Below, piece by piece: positions 1-9,627 of a DNA stretch of 64,000 nucleotides. The position numbers and the translations under genes are program-made. A model generated the notes under the pieces. It worked only from the letters and a program-made list of their open reading frames with translations. It ran no database searches and was not told the origin of the DNA. How positions within the stretch are numbered: position 1 is the stretch's first letter; every line of letters starts with the position of its first letter. This DNA comes from a virus. Taxonomy: Duplodnaviria; Caudoviricetes. The stretch covers positions 1 through 64,000 of IMG/VR virus record IMGVR_UViG_2751185632_000005, one strand, 5' to 3'.

Positions 1-33
1 GCGCCGGCGGGTTGCGGCGGCTATAAGCGCCGC

Positions 34-876
34 ATGTCCGACGAAACCTCCTTCCCAAAGCGTCCCGGCCAGCGCCCCAGCCGCCCGCACGGCCGGCCGG
101 CCGGCAAGTTCGGTCCGCGCGATTTTCGACCCCGCCCCAAACGCGAGCGAGAGGCCGGCGAGGCGCTCTGGCTCTATGGCCTGCACACGGTGGAATTCGC
201 GCTGAAGAACCCGCGCCGTACCACCCTGCGCCTCCTCGCCACCCGCAACGCCACGGCCCGGCTTGCCGAGCGCTTCCCCGAAGGCAAGTTGCCGATCGCC
301 GTCGAGGAGGCGTCGCCATATGTTCTCGACAAGCTCCTCGGTTCGGAAGCCGTGCATCAGGGCTGCGCGCTGGAAGTCGAGCCGCTGAAGCCGCTGACCA
401 CGCTGGAGCTTTCGGGCGCCCGGCTGGTGCTCGCCCTCGATCAGGTGACCGACCCTCACAATGTCGGCGCCATCCTGCGCTCGGCCACCGCCTTCGCCGT
501 CGATGCCGTGCTGACCACGACGCGCCACAGCGCCGCCGAATCCGGCGTGCTGGCGAAATCCGCGTCGGGCGCCCTCGACGTGGTGCCGGTGACGACGGTC
601 CGCAATCTCGGCGACACGCTGGAGGAGATGAAGGCAGCCGGCTTCACGGTGGTGGGACTCGATTCGGAGGCGCCGGTGCCGCTCGACGAGGCGTGTCTCG
701 TTGCTCCGGTCTGCCTGGTGCTCGGCGCTGAGGGCAAGGGTCTGCGCCAGCGCACGCGCGAACTCTGCGATGTGCTCGCCCGCATCGACATGCCCGGCGA
801 AATCAAGAGCCTCAACGTCTCCAACGCCGCCGTGCTATCGCTCTACATGGTGAGGAAGGCGATCGCCGCGGACTGA
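34..876 (+). CDS. rlmB: SPOUT/TrmH-family RNA 2'-O-methyltransferase (RlmB-like)
   Basis: Motifs LDQVTDPHNVGAILRS, VLGAEGKGLR, SLNVSNAA. Confidence 0.85.
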   Translation: MSDETSFPKRPGQRPSRPHGRPAGKFGPRDFRPRPKREREAGEALWLYGLHTVEFALKNPRRTTLRLLATRNATARLAERFPEGKLPIAVEEASPYVLDKLLGSEAVHQGCALEVEPLKPLTTLELSGARLVLALDQVTDPHNVGAILRSATAFAVDAVLTTTRHSAAESGVLAKSASGALDVVPVTTVRNLGDTLEEMKAAGFTVVGLDSEAPVPLDEACLVAPVCLVLGAEGKGLRQRTRELCDVLARIDMPGEIKSLNVSNAAVLSLYMVRKAIAAD

Positions 877-932
877 TCCTTCCCCGCCTCAGGGTTGCGC
901 CTCTCCTTGCCATCGGCTATTCGGAATTCCGC

Positions 933-984
933 GCCGGCGTAGCACAGCGGTAGTGCAGCGGTTTTGTAAACCGAAGGTCGGGAG
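933..984 (+). pseudogene. 5' part of split host tRNA-Thr(UGU), at attL
   Basis: GCCGGCG acceptor strand, D arm and TGT anticodon arm intact; no T loop or 3' acceptor strand; missing half at 16346-16391. Confidence 0.9.
962..984 (+). repeat. attL core, 23-bp direct repeat TTTTGTAAACCGAAGGTCGGGAG
   Basis: Identical copy at 16346-16368. Confidence 0.9.
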
Positions 985-1069
985 GCGAGAAGGCGAATCG
1001 GATCATGCGCTTAGGCGGCGCGCGGTCTGCGTAAGTACCGAATAGGCACCGAAGTCTCGGTGTCCGAGG

Positions 1070-1144
<75 letters not shown>

Positions 1145-1231
1145 TAACCTTCCCGCCGAGACCGCCAAAGGCGATTTTGGCGTGGCGCGGGTTCTCATTT
1201 TGTTCTATATTATCCGGCAAGGGACGGGAAA

Positions 1232-2195
1232 ATGTCGGATGCGCACTACAGGGTCCGGGTCGAGGGAGACCACCTAAAGAAGCTCGCGAGCGCGAAGCCG
1301 AGCCAGGCCGTGGCCGAGCTGATCTGGAACTCTGCGGATCCCGATGCCACTCGGATAGATTTGGAGATCGAGACCGACGACATCGCCATGCGTTCGGTGA
1401 CCGTTCGGGACAATGGTCATGGCATCCCCCATCCGGACGTAGAGGCTGTCTTCGGTAAACTCGGGGGTTCATGGAAGGCACACGGCAGCCGCTCCAAGAC
1501 CCAAGGGCCGCATCCTGCATGGCAAGGAGGGCAAGGGACGCTTCAAGGCGCTTGCCCTAGGCCGAGTGGCCGATTGGGCCGTCCGCTACCGCGAAGATGG
1601 AAAGCTATTCGGTTACAAGATCACGGTGCTTCGGGACGACCTCGTGGACGTGCGCGTCACCCAGCCAAAGGAAGTCGACGGCGCTCTGGGGACCGGCGTG
1701 GAGGTGCGCATCACGGAACTCGACAGGAGCTACCGCTCGCTCGATCCTCAATACGCGGTCCAGTCCCTGTCCGAGGTGTTCGCGCTCTATCTGACCGACT
1801 ATTCCGATGTGGGCATATTCGTCGAGGGAGAGCGCCTCGACCCTTCCAAGCTGATCGCCAGTCGCGAACGGTGGAGCTTTTGGGTACTATCCAATGACTT
1901 GGACTCATATGCCAGCATCCAGACCAGGCAGAAGGGCAAGGCCAGGGGGCAAGTTTTCCAGTCTGAAGACGGGGGTATCGAGGTCTGGGTCAAGACGTGG
2001 GCGGAGGTGATTGCCGAGTGCAAGTCTCGGATGAAGTTTGTCCAGGAGCACCTCCAGGCGAACGTCGATAGAGAAAGTTCCCTCAAGTATCTGAAGAAGA
2101 CGTAGGAGAAATACCTAACTGGGATTGCGGAGGGTAACGAAGGATACACCGAGCCGGTGGACCAAGAGACAGAGCGGGAAACCGTGGAGGAGTGA
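1232..2195 (+). pseudogene. Degraded GHKL (HATPase_c/MORC-like) ATPase
   Basis: ELIWNS, DNGHG, HGKEGKGRF motifs split by a frameshift near 1500; apparent internal deletion near 1870; in-frame TAG at 2103. Confidence 0.75.
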
Positions 2196-2213
2196 AAGCG
2201 ATCGGAAGGCGGC

Positions 2214-2630
2214 ATGGATAGCCTGACACCCGAACAGCGCAGCGAGCGCATGGGGCGCATTAAGGGCCGCGATACAGGCCCGGAGATGGTTGTGCGGCGA
2301 CTCCTGCACCGTCTCGGCTATCGCTATCGTCTGCACGCACGCGACTTACCAGGGCGACCAGACATAGTGTTCCGCAGCCGTAAGGTGGCGATCTTCGTGC
2401 ACGGGTGTTTTTGGCACCGCCATCCAGACCCCGAGTGCAGGTTGGCGCGTCTACCTAAATCACGCCTCGACTTCTGGTTGCCAAAGTTGGAGGGGAACTT
2501 TTCTCGCGACGTGGAGAATCGAAGGCGCCTAGAGACCATGGGATGGAAAGTCTTGGTTATTTGGGAGTGCCAAACTGGCAAAATGGATGAACTCGAATCA
2601 GCCTTGCGGGAGGCTCTGACGTTGCCATGA
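2214..2630 (+). CDS. vsr: Very short patch repair endonuclease
   Basis: RSERM..IKGRDTGPE, LPGRPD, FVHGCFWH motifs; directly upstream of C5-MTase. Confidence 0.93.
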   Translation: MDSLTPEQRSERMGRIKGRDTGPEMVVRRLLHRLGYRYRLHARDLPGRPDIVFRSRKVAIFVHGCFWHRHPDPECRLARLPKSRLDFWLPKLEGNFSRDVENRRRLETMGWKVLVIWECQTGKMDELESALREALTLP

Positions 2631-3841
2631 AGTCCATAGAGCTATTTGCCGGCGCCGGCGGGTTGGGAATGGGCGTCTCTTTAGCAGGCTTCCATCCGAT
2701 CGAGGTCGTCGAGTGGGACGCATATTGCTGCGACACGCTCAGGGAGAACCGTGAACGTGGCATTGAGCCAGTGCGCACATGGCCGTTGACGCAAGGGGAT
2801 GTTCGCAAGATCGACTTCTCGCGACATGAGGGGACCGTTCAACTCGTCACCGGTGGACCGCCCTGCCAACCCTTCTCGATCGGTGGCAAGCATCGGGCTT
2901 ATGACGATGCCAGAGATATGTTCCCTCAAGCCGTGCGGGCTCTTCGGGAGGCCAAACCCAAGGCATTCATATTCGAGAACGTAAAGGGTCTGACTCGCCA
3001 AACATTCCGTAATTATGTCGAGTATATTCGCCTTCAGATGATGCACCCGGAGGTGGTGATGCGGCATGGGGAGGCGTGGAGCGACCACCTTGCTCGGCTT
3101 GAACAGCATGAAACAAGCGGTAGCTGTGAGGGTCTGACGTATAACGTCATCATCCATCTCGCGAACGCCGCCGACTATGGTGTTCCCCAGCGGCGCGAGC
3201 GTGTATTCTTCGTGGGGTTTCGCAGCGATCTTGAGATCGCGTGGAGCTTCCCTCGGGAAACCCATTCAGCGGAAGCGCTTGCATGGGAGCAGTACCGAGA
3301 CAATGCTTATTGGGAACGACACAGTGTATATTGGAAGGATCGTGCCTTTTCTGAAAGGACTCGTGCGCGAGCGTGGCGCTTTACAGAGCGGCCTGAGACA
3401 AAGCCGTGGGTAACTGTTCGGGATGCGTTGATGGGGTTGCCGGACCCCGAGCATAACCCTGCCTCGGCAAAACGCTACCTCAACCATCGTTTTCAGGCCG
3501 GAGCACGTTCATATACTGGGCATACTGGCAGTCCGCTTGACGAACCAGCGAAGACGCTCAAGGCTGGTGTCCACGGAGTTCCTGGCGGTGAGAATATGCT
3601 CTTGAAACCAGACGGTTCAGTCCGCTATTTTTCCGTGAGGGAGAGCGCTAGGCTTCAAACATTCCCAGACAACTTCTTGTTTCACGGATCGTGGACTGAG
3701 GCGATGCGTCAGCTTGGCAATGCTGTCCCTGTAGATCTAGCGCGGATCGTCGCACAAGACGTGATGCGTCACTTGGAGAACAGGATTGACCAAGGGGCCA
3801 TACAACCCACTCGACAAAATAAATCTCGCCCGAAGCATTGA
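2627..3841 (+). CDS. dcm: DNA cytosine-C5 methyltransferase (M subunit)
   Basis: ELFAGAGG, GGPPCQPFS, ENV, QRRERVF, ARLQTFP, QLGNAVP. Confidence 0.95.
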   Translation: MKSIELFAGAGGLGMGVSLAGFHPIEVVEWDAYCCDTLRENRERGIEPVRTWPLTQGDVRKIDFSRHEGTVQLVTGGPPCQPFSIGGKHRAYDDARDMFPQAVRALREAKPKAFIFENVKGLTRQTFRNYVEYIRLQMMHPEVVMRHGEAWSDHLARLEQHETSGSCEGLTYNVIIHLANAADYGVPQRRERVFFVGFRSDLEIAWSFPRETHSAEALAWEQYRDNAYWERHSVYWKDRAFSERTRARAWRFTERPETKPWVTVRDALMGLPDPEHNPASAKRYLNHRFQAGARSYTGHTGSPLDEPAKTLKAGVHGVPGGENMLLKPDGSVRYFSVRESARLQTFPDNFLFHGSWTEAMRQLGNAVPVDLARIVAQDVMRHLENRIDQGAIQPTRQNKSRPKH

Positions 3842-4463
3842 GATTGAGGTTCTCTCGCGTGATGTCCTGCCTCTGGGCACAGCGGAATTAGTCTCAGGCG
3901 CGGGCGTATATGTCCTCTACTATAAGGGTGACTTCGCTGCTTACACGCCGATTGCTTCAGCGAACGCGGAAAGCTGGGAACGGCCTATCTATGTCGGCAA
4001 AGCGATTCCCAAAGGCGGACGAAAGGGCGGCATCACCCGCGACACCGCTACCGCAGGTACGGCACTTGGATCACGACTGAGGAAGCATGCGGAATCGATC
4101 CGCGCGACCGAAAACCTCAAGATTGAAGACTTCGTTTTCCGCTACATCGTCCTTGACGACATTTGGATACCGCTCGGCGAGAACATTTTGATCGAAACGT
4201 TCAAGCCGTTGTGGAATGTCGCCGTTGAAGGATTCGGGATCAACGATCCGGGCAAGGGGCGGTTGAACCAAAAGCGTTCTCCATGGGATGTACTACATCC
4301 CGGCAGAGGTTACGCAGCACGGTTGACCGGCGGCGGGCCTGATTCCGCCGCTGTTCTGGGCAGGATCGAAGATCATTTTGCCGGTAAGCCTCTTCGTGCC
4401 CTTCCCAAGGTTCTTGCTGAGGCGGCGGATGAAGCGATTGAGGAGGACCGAGGCGAGGTTTAG
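3786..4463 (+). CDS. Eco29kI-family GIY-YIG type II restriction endonuclease
   Basis: PYNPLDK N-terminus, GVYVLYY, IYVGKA, RLRKH, GFGINDPGKGR, SPWDVLHPGR; TTG start. Confidence 0.85.
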   Translation: MTKGPYNPLDKINLARSIEIEVLSRDVLPLGTAELVSGAGVYVLYYKGDFAAYTPIASANAESWERPIYVGKAIPKGGRKGGITRDTATAGTALGSRLRKHAESIRATENLKIEDFVFRYIVLDDIWIPLGENILIETFKPLWNVAVEGFGINDPGKGRLNQKRSPWDVLHPGRGYAARLTGGGPDSAAVLGRIEDHFAGKPLRALPKVLAEAADEAIEEDRGEV

Positions 4464-4494
4464 CCAAATGGCGCTTTGATCAAATCCCACTTCC

Positions 4495-4824
4495 CTATTT
4501 ATCCAGCGACGCGACCGCCTCTGCCTGGACGACGGTTATTTCCAGTGACCGCTCGTCCATGCGGCTTGCAGCGATCCTCAACCTATCTTGCAGAAGCTCT
4601 TTGGCAGATAAACTCTCATCTGTTGCTGGAGCAACAAGCAGTGAGTTCGGTGACGTGCCAAGAACCTCTGCAATTTTGACAAGCGTCGCTAAGTCCGGTT
4701 CTCGCTTGCCACTGACATAGTTCGCATAACGACGCTCGCTGAGACCAACGCGGCGCGCGACCTCAGCGTTAGATATTCCGAGCTCCTCAGCCCTACGGCG
4801 CAGATTCGACGCGAACGGCAACAT
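4495..4824 (-). CDS. XRE-family HTH regulator
   Basis: LRRRAEELGISNAEVARRVGLSERRYANYVSGKREPDL. Confidence 0.85.
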   Translation of the reverse strand: MLPFASNLRRRAEELGISNAEVARRVGLSERRYANYVSGKREPDLATLVKIAEVLGTSPNSLLVAPATDESLSAKELLQDRLRIAASRMDERSLEITVVQAEAVASLDK

Positions 4825-4891
4825 AGGAACAAAATGTTCCGACAGGCCGCTTCACGTCCACGAACGATATGTTATCCATGATAAGAACGAT

Positions 4892-5221
4892 TTGTTCTTA
4901 TCATGGATGAACCGCTTGGATTGGCTCCTGCTCGCGCTGAAATGGCTGGTGATCGCGGTGGCGGCCTCGCCCATCGTGCTCGGCATCGGCTCGGTCGTGG
5001 TCGAGGTGTCGATCCTGCCGCGCCTCGTCCCGCGCGCGGAGATCGAGGCCATGGCCGACGCGGTGATGCGGGACCACCCCGACGACCCGGAGGAGTGGGC
5101 GTTCATGGAGGAGCACGCCGCCTGGTATCGGAGCCTGAGCTTCGAGCAGGGCAAGTGGCACCGCGTCCGAAAGGTCATCCGGCGTCGGCTTCTGGCCGGC
5201 GACTACCCGCCCGCCGCCTGA
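4892..5221 (+). CDS. Hypothetical membrane-anchored protein
   Basis: Hydrophobic N-terminal segment, coding-like composition. Confidence 0.55.
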   Translation: MFLSWMNRLDWLLLALKWLVIAVAASPIVLGIGSVVVEVSILPRLVPRAEIEAMADAVMRDHPDDPEEWAFMEEHAAWYRSLSFEQGKWHRVRKVIRRRLLAGDYPPAA

Positions 5222-5636
5222 GCGGGACGGCCTCACCCCGCCTCCTCATCTTGCTCGCGTACCACCTGACCGACTTCTCGCTCGCGTGGGCGCCCTCGAC
5301 CAGCCGGTTGACCTCAGCGGCGATGGCCGAATAGGTCCAGTCGGGATGCTCGACGATCAGCGCCTCGGCGGTGCGCCCGACGCCCTTGCCCCGGCCCGAT
5401 GCGGCGGCCCGTGGCGGCTTCGATGCGGCCGGGCCTGATGAGGCCGAGCCGAAGCTCGTCGAAGGCCTCGGCGGCCACCGGAACTCATCCGGATCGATGC
5501 CGTACTTGTCGACAAGCTCCTCGGCCTTCTCGAACGCCGCCGCGGCCTCGCCGGCCGTGCAGCCGTTGGCCACCGTCTTCAACAGCAGCGCCTCGATGCG
5601 CCGCCTCACCAGCGGCAGCTCTCTCTGATGCGACAT
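5175..5636 (-). CDS. DUF2786-like N-terminus fused to a small HTH-like C-terminal domain
   Basis: RIEALL..NGCTAGEAAAAFEKAEELVDKYGI; C-terminal SEKSVRWYASKMRR. Confidence 0.65.
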   Translation of the reverse strand: MSHQRELPLVRRRIEALLLKTVANGCTAGEAAAAFEKAEELVDKYGIDPDEFRWPPRPSTSFGSASSGPAASKPPRAAASGRGKGVGRTAEALIVEHPDWTYSAIAAEVNRLVEGAHASEKSVRWYASKMRRRGEAVPLRRRAGSRRPEADAG

Positions 5637-5794
5637 GGAAAACCCTCCAACGGCGGAATGCCGATGGAAGCCAGCATGTCGCGGTTGCAGGGCTTCGCGA
5701 GCCGGTCGGAGGCGGAAATCTTTGTCGGATCAGGGGGCTCGCGGCGGCTCGGAAACGCGACACGATGGAGGGAGTGCAGATCAGGAGACAGAGA

Positions 5795-6028
5795 ATGACC
5801 GCCGCCAAGACCTACTACGCCGTGATCGCGGTTGGCGAAGGAACGCCGATCGACGACATGCGCCGCCGCCTCTTCGCGATCCTCGGAGAGCCGGCGACGT
5901 TCCGGCTGATGTCCTATCGGACGAAGCCGTCCGGCATCGTCACCCACCACATGGCCGAGGTGAAGTTCGTGACCGACGCCGGCGACGACCGGCTCGACCT
6001 GATCGAGGCCGCCGAGATCGAGGACTGA
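5795..6028 (+). CDS. Hypothetical protein
   Basis: AGGAG RBS before ATG 5795. Confidence 0.55.
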   Translation: MTAAKTYYAVIAVGEGTPIDDMRRRLFAILGEPATFRLMSYRTKPSGIVTHHMAEVKFVTDAGDDRLDLIEAAEIED

Positions 6029-6466
6029 TCAGTCCTCGACGATCCTCGCGCCCTTAACCGTCGCCAGTCCCTCCAGCACTGCCGTCTGGACGAAGCCGGC
6101 CGGCGCCTGCTTCGAGTGCCCGTCGTTCAGCGGCTGGATGTGCGGCGCGTTGTTGGTGATGTGGATTTCGCGGTTGGCGGCGATGTTGAACGCCTCGATG
6201 GTGGGCGTGCCGGCCTCTATGGTCGCGGCGGCGTTCTCCTCCGCCGTCGATCCTCTCTCGCCCGGCACCCGCGCCGGAAACAACCCCTCGAAGGCGCGGT
6301 CCAGCTCCGGCGTCCAGTTCGAGCGGGCATAGCCGGTGTCGACCGGCGTGTTCTCGACGACCGAGCGGAGGACGGCACTGGCGCAGTCCTTCACCGCCCG
6401 CTCGACGTTGCCCTCGACCCGCACGGCGATGCGGTCGATGCGCTTGGCGAAGTTGTCAAAGCTCAT
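6029..6466 (-). CDS. HK97 gp10-like neck/tail-completion protein
   Basis: TPVDTGYARSNW and NNAPHIQPLNDGHSKQAPAGFV. Confidence 0.75.
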   Translation of the reverse strand: MSFDNFAKRIDRIAVRVEGNVERAVKDCASAVLRSVVENTPVDTGYARSNWTPELDRAFEGLFPARVPGERGSTAEENAAATIEAGTPTIEAFNIAANREIHITNNAPHIQPLNDGHSKQAPAGFVQTAVLEGLATVKGARIVED

Positions 6467-6815
6467 CGGCGTACTTTCCCACGCGGCGCAGCTCGGCCTC
6501 GGCGACGCGGCGCATGACCGCTTCGAAGATCGGATCGCAATCGGCGTCCGGCTCCATGAACGGCATGTCCTCCGGCCAGAGGTCGCGCTCCGCCTGAGAG
6601 CGGCGCCAATGCACCCGCTGCGGCAGGCCGCCGCTCGGATCGACGGTGCATTCCCGATAGCCGAGCGTGCGCAGGTGCCACTCCATCATGAAGCGGGCGT
6701 GCGCGCCGAAGGTCTCCGGCGTGCCGCCGAGATAGATGTGCAGCGTCAGCGGCGTGGTGGAGAACACGCCGGCCAGAGCGTCGCGGATGGGCTGCTCACG
6801 GTTCGCCATGGTCAT
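6456..6815 (-). CDS. Hypothetical protein
   Basis: Overlaps both neighbours in the operon. Confidence 0.55.
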   Translation of the reverse strand: MTMANREQPIRDALAGVFSTTPLTLHIYLGGTPETFGAHARFMMEWHLRTLGYRECTVDPSGGLPQRVHWRRSQAERDLWPEDMPFMEPDADCDPIFEAVMRRVAEAELRRVGKYADEL

Positions 6816-7078
6816 GCCCCCTTCAGATAGCTGCCGCCGCGGTCGAGGTTCGGCCAGATCGATTGCGCCCGCGCGCCGACCGGCAGGCCGTGCACAAAGG
6901 CGGCCGGAGAACTGGTGAGGTCGACCGAGGTCCAGCCGACGAGCGCGTTCGGCTCGCCGAGCAGGGTCTCGGCCACGACGCGCGCCGCCGAGGCGGTCGC
7001 CCCGACCGCGACGGCGAAGTTCAGCCCGTCGCCGCGGCGCTGCTCCTCGCGGGCGGGAAAGAAGGCAAAGGTGGCCAT
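6812..7078 (-). CDS. Hypothetical protein
   Basis: GAGGA RBS, coupled to next gene. Confidence 0.6.
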   Translation of the reverse strand: MATFAFFPAREEQRRGDGLNFAVAVGATASAARVVAETLLGEPNALVGWTSVDLTSSPAAFVHGLPVGARAQSIWPNLDRGGSYLKGA

Positions 7079-7081
7079 GGC

Positions 7082-7831
7082 TCAGTCCTCCTGATCGGCA
7101 AGGGTGTCGAGGGCGTCGTCGGTGACGCCCAGCTCGGCGCGGTCGCGCGCCCGCAGGGCGAGGCCGATGGTGCGCTCTGCCGGATTGCGACCGGTCTCGA
7201 AGGCGCGGTCCTCGATCATGGCCCGGTCGGCGATGTCCTCGACCTCGAGGATCGCCGCCTGGACGGCGCGGTACTCGTCACCGACGATCCGGTCGGCGAG
7301 CTCCTGCGGCGAGAACGGCCGCTCGGCGTGGGGCATGCGGTTGACCCGCGCCACCAGCACGGCGGCAAGCTCGCGGTCCTTGGTGGATGCCGCGAGCGCA
7401 GCGAGGCTCGAAAGCTCGACGTCGCCGGAGTGCTCGATCTGCTGCATCAGGCGGGAGCGGCGCTCGCTGCCCAGCCCTTCGCGCATGATCATCTGAATGC
7501 TGGAACTATAGTGCGCCTTCGCGTCGGCGACCTCGCGCTTGACGGCGTCGAGATTTCGAAGCCGGGCGACCCGGTCGTCGAGGCTCGCCCGCTTCAGTTC
7601 GGCGCGCAGTCCGCCGACCGCGCGAGAGACGACCTGCATGCGATGGGCGGGGGCGAGATCGGACAGCGTGGAGTCCAGCTCTTTGCGGCGGGTTTCCACG
7701 CGGCCGTTCATGTCGGCGATCAGCCGCGTGTGCTGCTCGCCGAGCTCCCGTGCCCGCGAGAGCGACGCCCGCAGATCGGTCACCGATCGCCAAGGCTTCG
7801 TCAGGGTGGGCTTGGGCTTCAACTTTGCCAT
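7082..7831 (-). CDS. Helical/coiled-coil hypothetical protein
   Basis: AAGGAG RBS before ATG 7831; helix-rich sequence. Confidence 0.65.
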   Translation of the reverse strand: MAKLKPKPTLTKPWRSVTDLRASLSRARELGEQHTRLIADMNGRVETRRKELDSTLSDLAPAHRMQVVSRAVGGLRAELKRASLDDRVARLRNLDAVKREVADAKAHYSSSIQMIMREGLGSERRSRLMQQIEHSGDVELSSLAALAASTKDRELAAVLVARVNRMPHAERPFSPQELADRIVGDEYRAVQAAILEVEDIADRAMIEDRAFETGRNPAERTIGLALRARDRAELGVTDDALDTLADQED

Positions 7832-8005
7832 GGTTGTTCTCCTTCGTCGTGGCGCGTCACGCCCCACGAGGTCGGATGACCACGGCGCGGGACACAGCCC
7901 GCATGAGCGTCCACCGCCAGCGCGGTGACCGGGCCGGCCCATCGGTCGGCCCGTAGACAGCGTCACGATGCGGCGTTCGCGGAGGTCGAGGAGCCAACGT
8001 TTCCA

Positions 8006-8401
8006 TCAGTGGGTCGAACCCGCAGGCATCGCCGGCACGCTGGTATTGACGCCGGCTTCGCGAAGCGTCGCCAAAACCTCGGGCGGCGCATCTTCGGAGA
8101 TGAGCAGCCCTCCATAATTTCCGGTGCGCTTGAGAAGGGCGGTGAAGGAATTAAGCGTGACTTCGCCTATCTGAATGCCCGCTGCGGAGTTGATCAGGGT
8201 GCTGGTCGCCTCCATGAACTTCTTCGTCAGAACCTTCTTGGTGATCGGCACCTCGATCCGGTGCCCCATCGTCTCATCGTTGATCGTGACCTCGAACAGC
8301 GCCCCCATGTCGATGGTGATCTCGCGGATGTGCTTGTGACCCGGCAGATCCTCGCCATCCTCGGCGGTCATGATTCCCAGCAAACGCATCTCGACCTGCA
8401 T
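8006..8401 (-). CDS. Hypothetical protein
   Basis: Probable start MQVEMR at 8401. Confidence 0.55.
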   Translation of the reverse strand: MQVEMRLLGIMTAEDGEDLPGHKHIREITIDMGALFEVTINDETMGHRIEVPITKKVLTKKFMEATSTLINSAAGIQIGEVTLNSFTALLKRTGNYGGLLISEDAPPEVLATLREAGVNTSVPAMPAGSTH

Positions 8402-8478
8402 GGCTTGTCCCTTTCTCGCCTGCTTGCTATACTGCATCACACTGCACCACATGGCGTCAGCGTGAGACGGAGGTAAGC

Positions 8479-8844
8479 ATGAGTGACACTGATGCGTCAA
8501 GCGGCAAAATGATGCGACGAATCTCAGTTAGCATCAGAGAGGATCAGTATCAGGGGCTGGAAGAGGTCGCCGAAGACCTCGGAGTCAACCTTTCGGATGC
8601 CGCAAGGGAGGCCATCAACTCCTATCTGCTGGACGTCCATTGGGGAAACTCGATCGGCAGCTATGCCCGCAAGCTCATTGAGAACGGACTGACAAATAAG
8701 GAGGTTTTGGAGAAGGTCCGCGAAAAATTCCCGCACGGAGCGACCTCGCCGGAGTCAATCGCCTGGTATCGCTCGAAAATGCGCCGGGAGGGATTGGCGG
8801 TCGTAACCGACCGCGAGGCCAAAGCGCGAAGAAACGCTGAATGA
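8479..8844 (+). CDS. Ribbon-helix-helix protein with second C-terminal HTH-like domain
   Basis: RISVSIREDQYQGLEEVAEDLGVNLSDAAREAI (CopG-like); TSPESIAWYRSKMRR; GGAGGT RBS. Confidence 0.7.
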   Translation: MSDTDASSGKMMRRISVSIREDQYQGLEEVAEDLGVNLSDAAREAINSYLLDVHWGNSIGSYARKLIENGLTNKEVLEKVREKFPHGATSPESIAWYRSKMRREGLAVVTDREAKARRNAE

Positions 8845-8879
8845 CTCATTGTGCTGACGAGTGGTGTTATTTTGCAACG

Positions 8880-9146
8880 TCACTCGTCGTCATCTCCCAC
8901 GTTTGATCGGTGTTCCGCTTGATGCTCGTCGGCCATGCGCTCCCACAGATCGACCGGAACGGGTGAAATCGACCAGAACCACGCCCCGGTCGGATGGCCG
9001 CGAGTGGCGACGAGCGCCTGCGCCCCGCCGGCCTCGGCAATCGTCCTCGGCGCGGTGGCGGCGAGCGTGCCGGTCAGGGCCTCGGCGGCCATAAGGTCGC
9101 GCAGCATCTGCTGCACGGCTTCAGTTGATTGGGACGAGCGCGCCAT
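8880..9146 (-). CDS. Hypothetical protein
   Basis: GGAGG RBS before ATG 9146. Confidence 0.5.
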   Translation of the reverse strand: MARSSQSTEAVQQMLRDLMAAEALTGTLAATAPRTIAEAGGAQALVATRGHPTGAWFWSISPVPVDLWERMADEHQAEHRSNVGDDDE

Positions 9147-9627
9147 CGGCCTTGGCCTCCACCTCGACGACCAGATACTTGCCAAGCAAGTCAATCAAGG
9201 CAGCGCGGTCGATCGGCTCCATCCGTGCGATGACGCGGGGATCGAGACCAGCAGGCGCTGCGGCGGCCGAACCGCCCTCGGCTGTAAAGGCGAGGAAGCC
9301 GTTCAGCCGCTCGGGCCATCGGAACTTGAGCAGGACCTCAATCAGCCGGTCCGAAGGCTCCTCTTCGGCAAGAGACCGCTCGAACGCCTTGCCCAAAATC
9401 TCATGAAACGCCGTGTCCATGGCGGCACCGTAGCGCGCACCGAAGTCGGCATCGCGCCTGCGGTGGTCGTGGATGGTGGCGACGGACACTCCGACCGCCT
9501 CAGAGGCGCGCTTCGGCGATCCGGTGCGCGACACGATGTCGAGCACCTTCGCCTCGATGGCAGGCGACCAACGCCTGTCCATGGCGGGACAGCGAATTGC
9601 TCTGGTTGCATTTCCCAACTTGCCCAT
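9121..9627 (-). CDS. Terminase small subunit-like HTH protein (start may be 9582)
   Basis: ASEAVGVSVATIHDHRRRDADF...SDRLIEVLLKFRWPE pattern resembles TerS-like proteins. Confidence 0.55.
   Translation of the reverse strand: MGKLGNATRAIRCPAMDRRWSPAIEAKVLDIVSRTGSPKRASEAVGVSVATIHDHRRRDADFGARYGAAMDTAFHEILGKAFERSLAEEEPSDRLIEVLLKFRWPERLNGFLAFTAEGGSAAAAPAGLDPRVIARMEPIDRAALIDLLGKYLVVEVEAKADGALVPIN

Noticed and set aside
1045-1064. Hairpin resembling the last stem of the SpCas9 tracrRNA (GGCACCGA..TCGGTG)
   Set aside because: Only a short match, no anti-repeat or cas9; explained by direct and inverted arm repeats.
985-1069. Intron or long variable arm inside tRNA-Thr
   Set aside because: The downstream copy is a complete gene with its own 5' strand; no group I/II or BHB features; the repeats fit att arm sites better.
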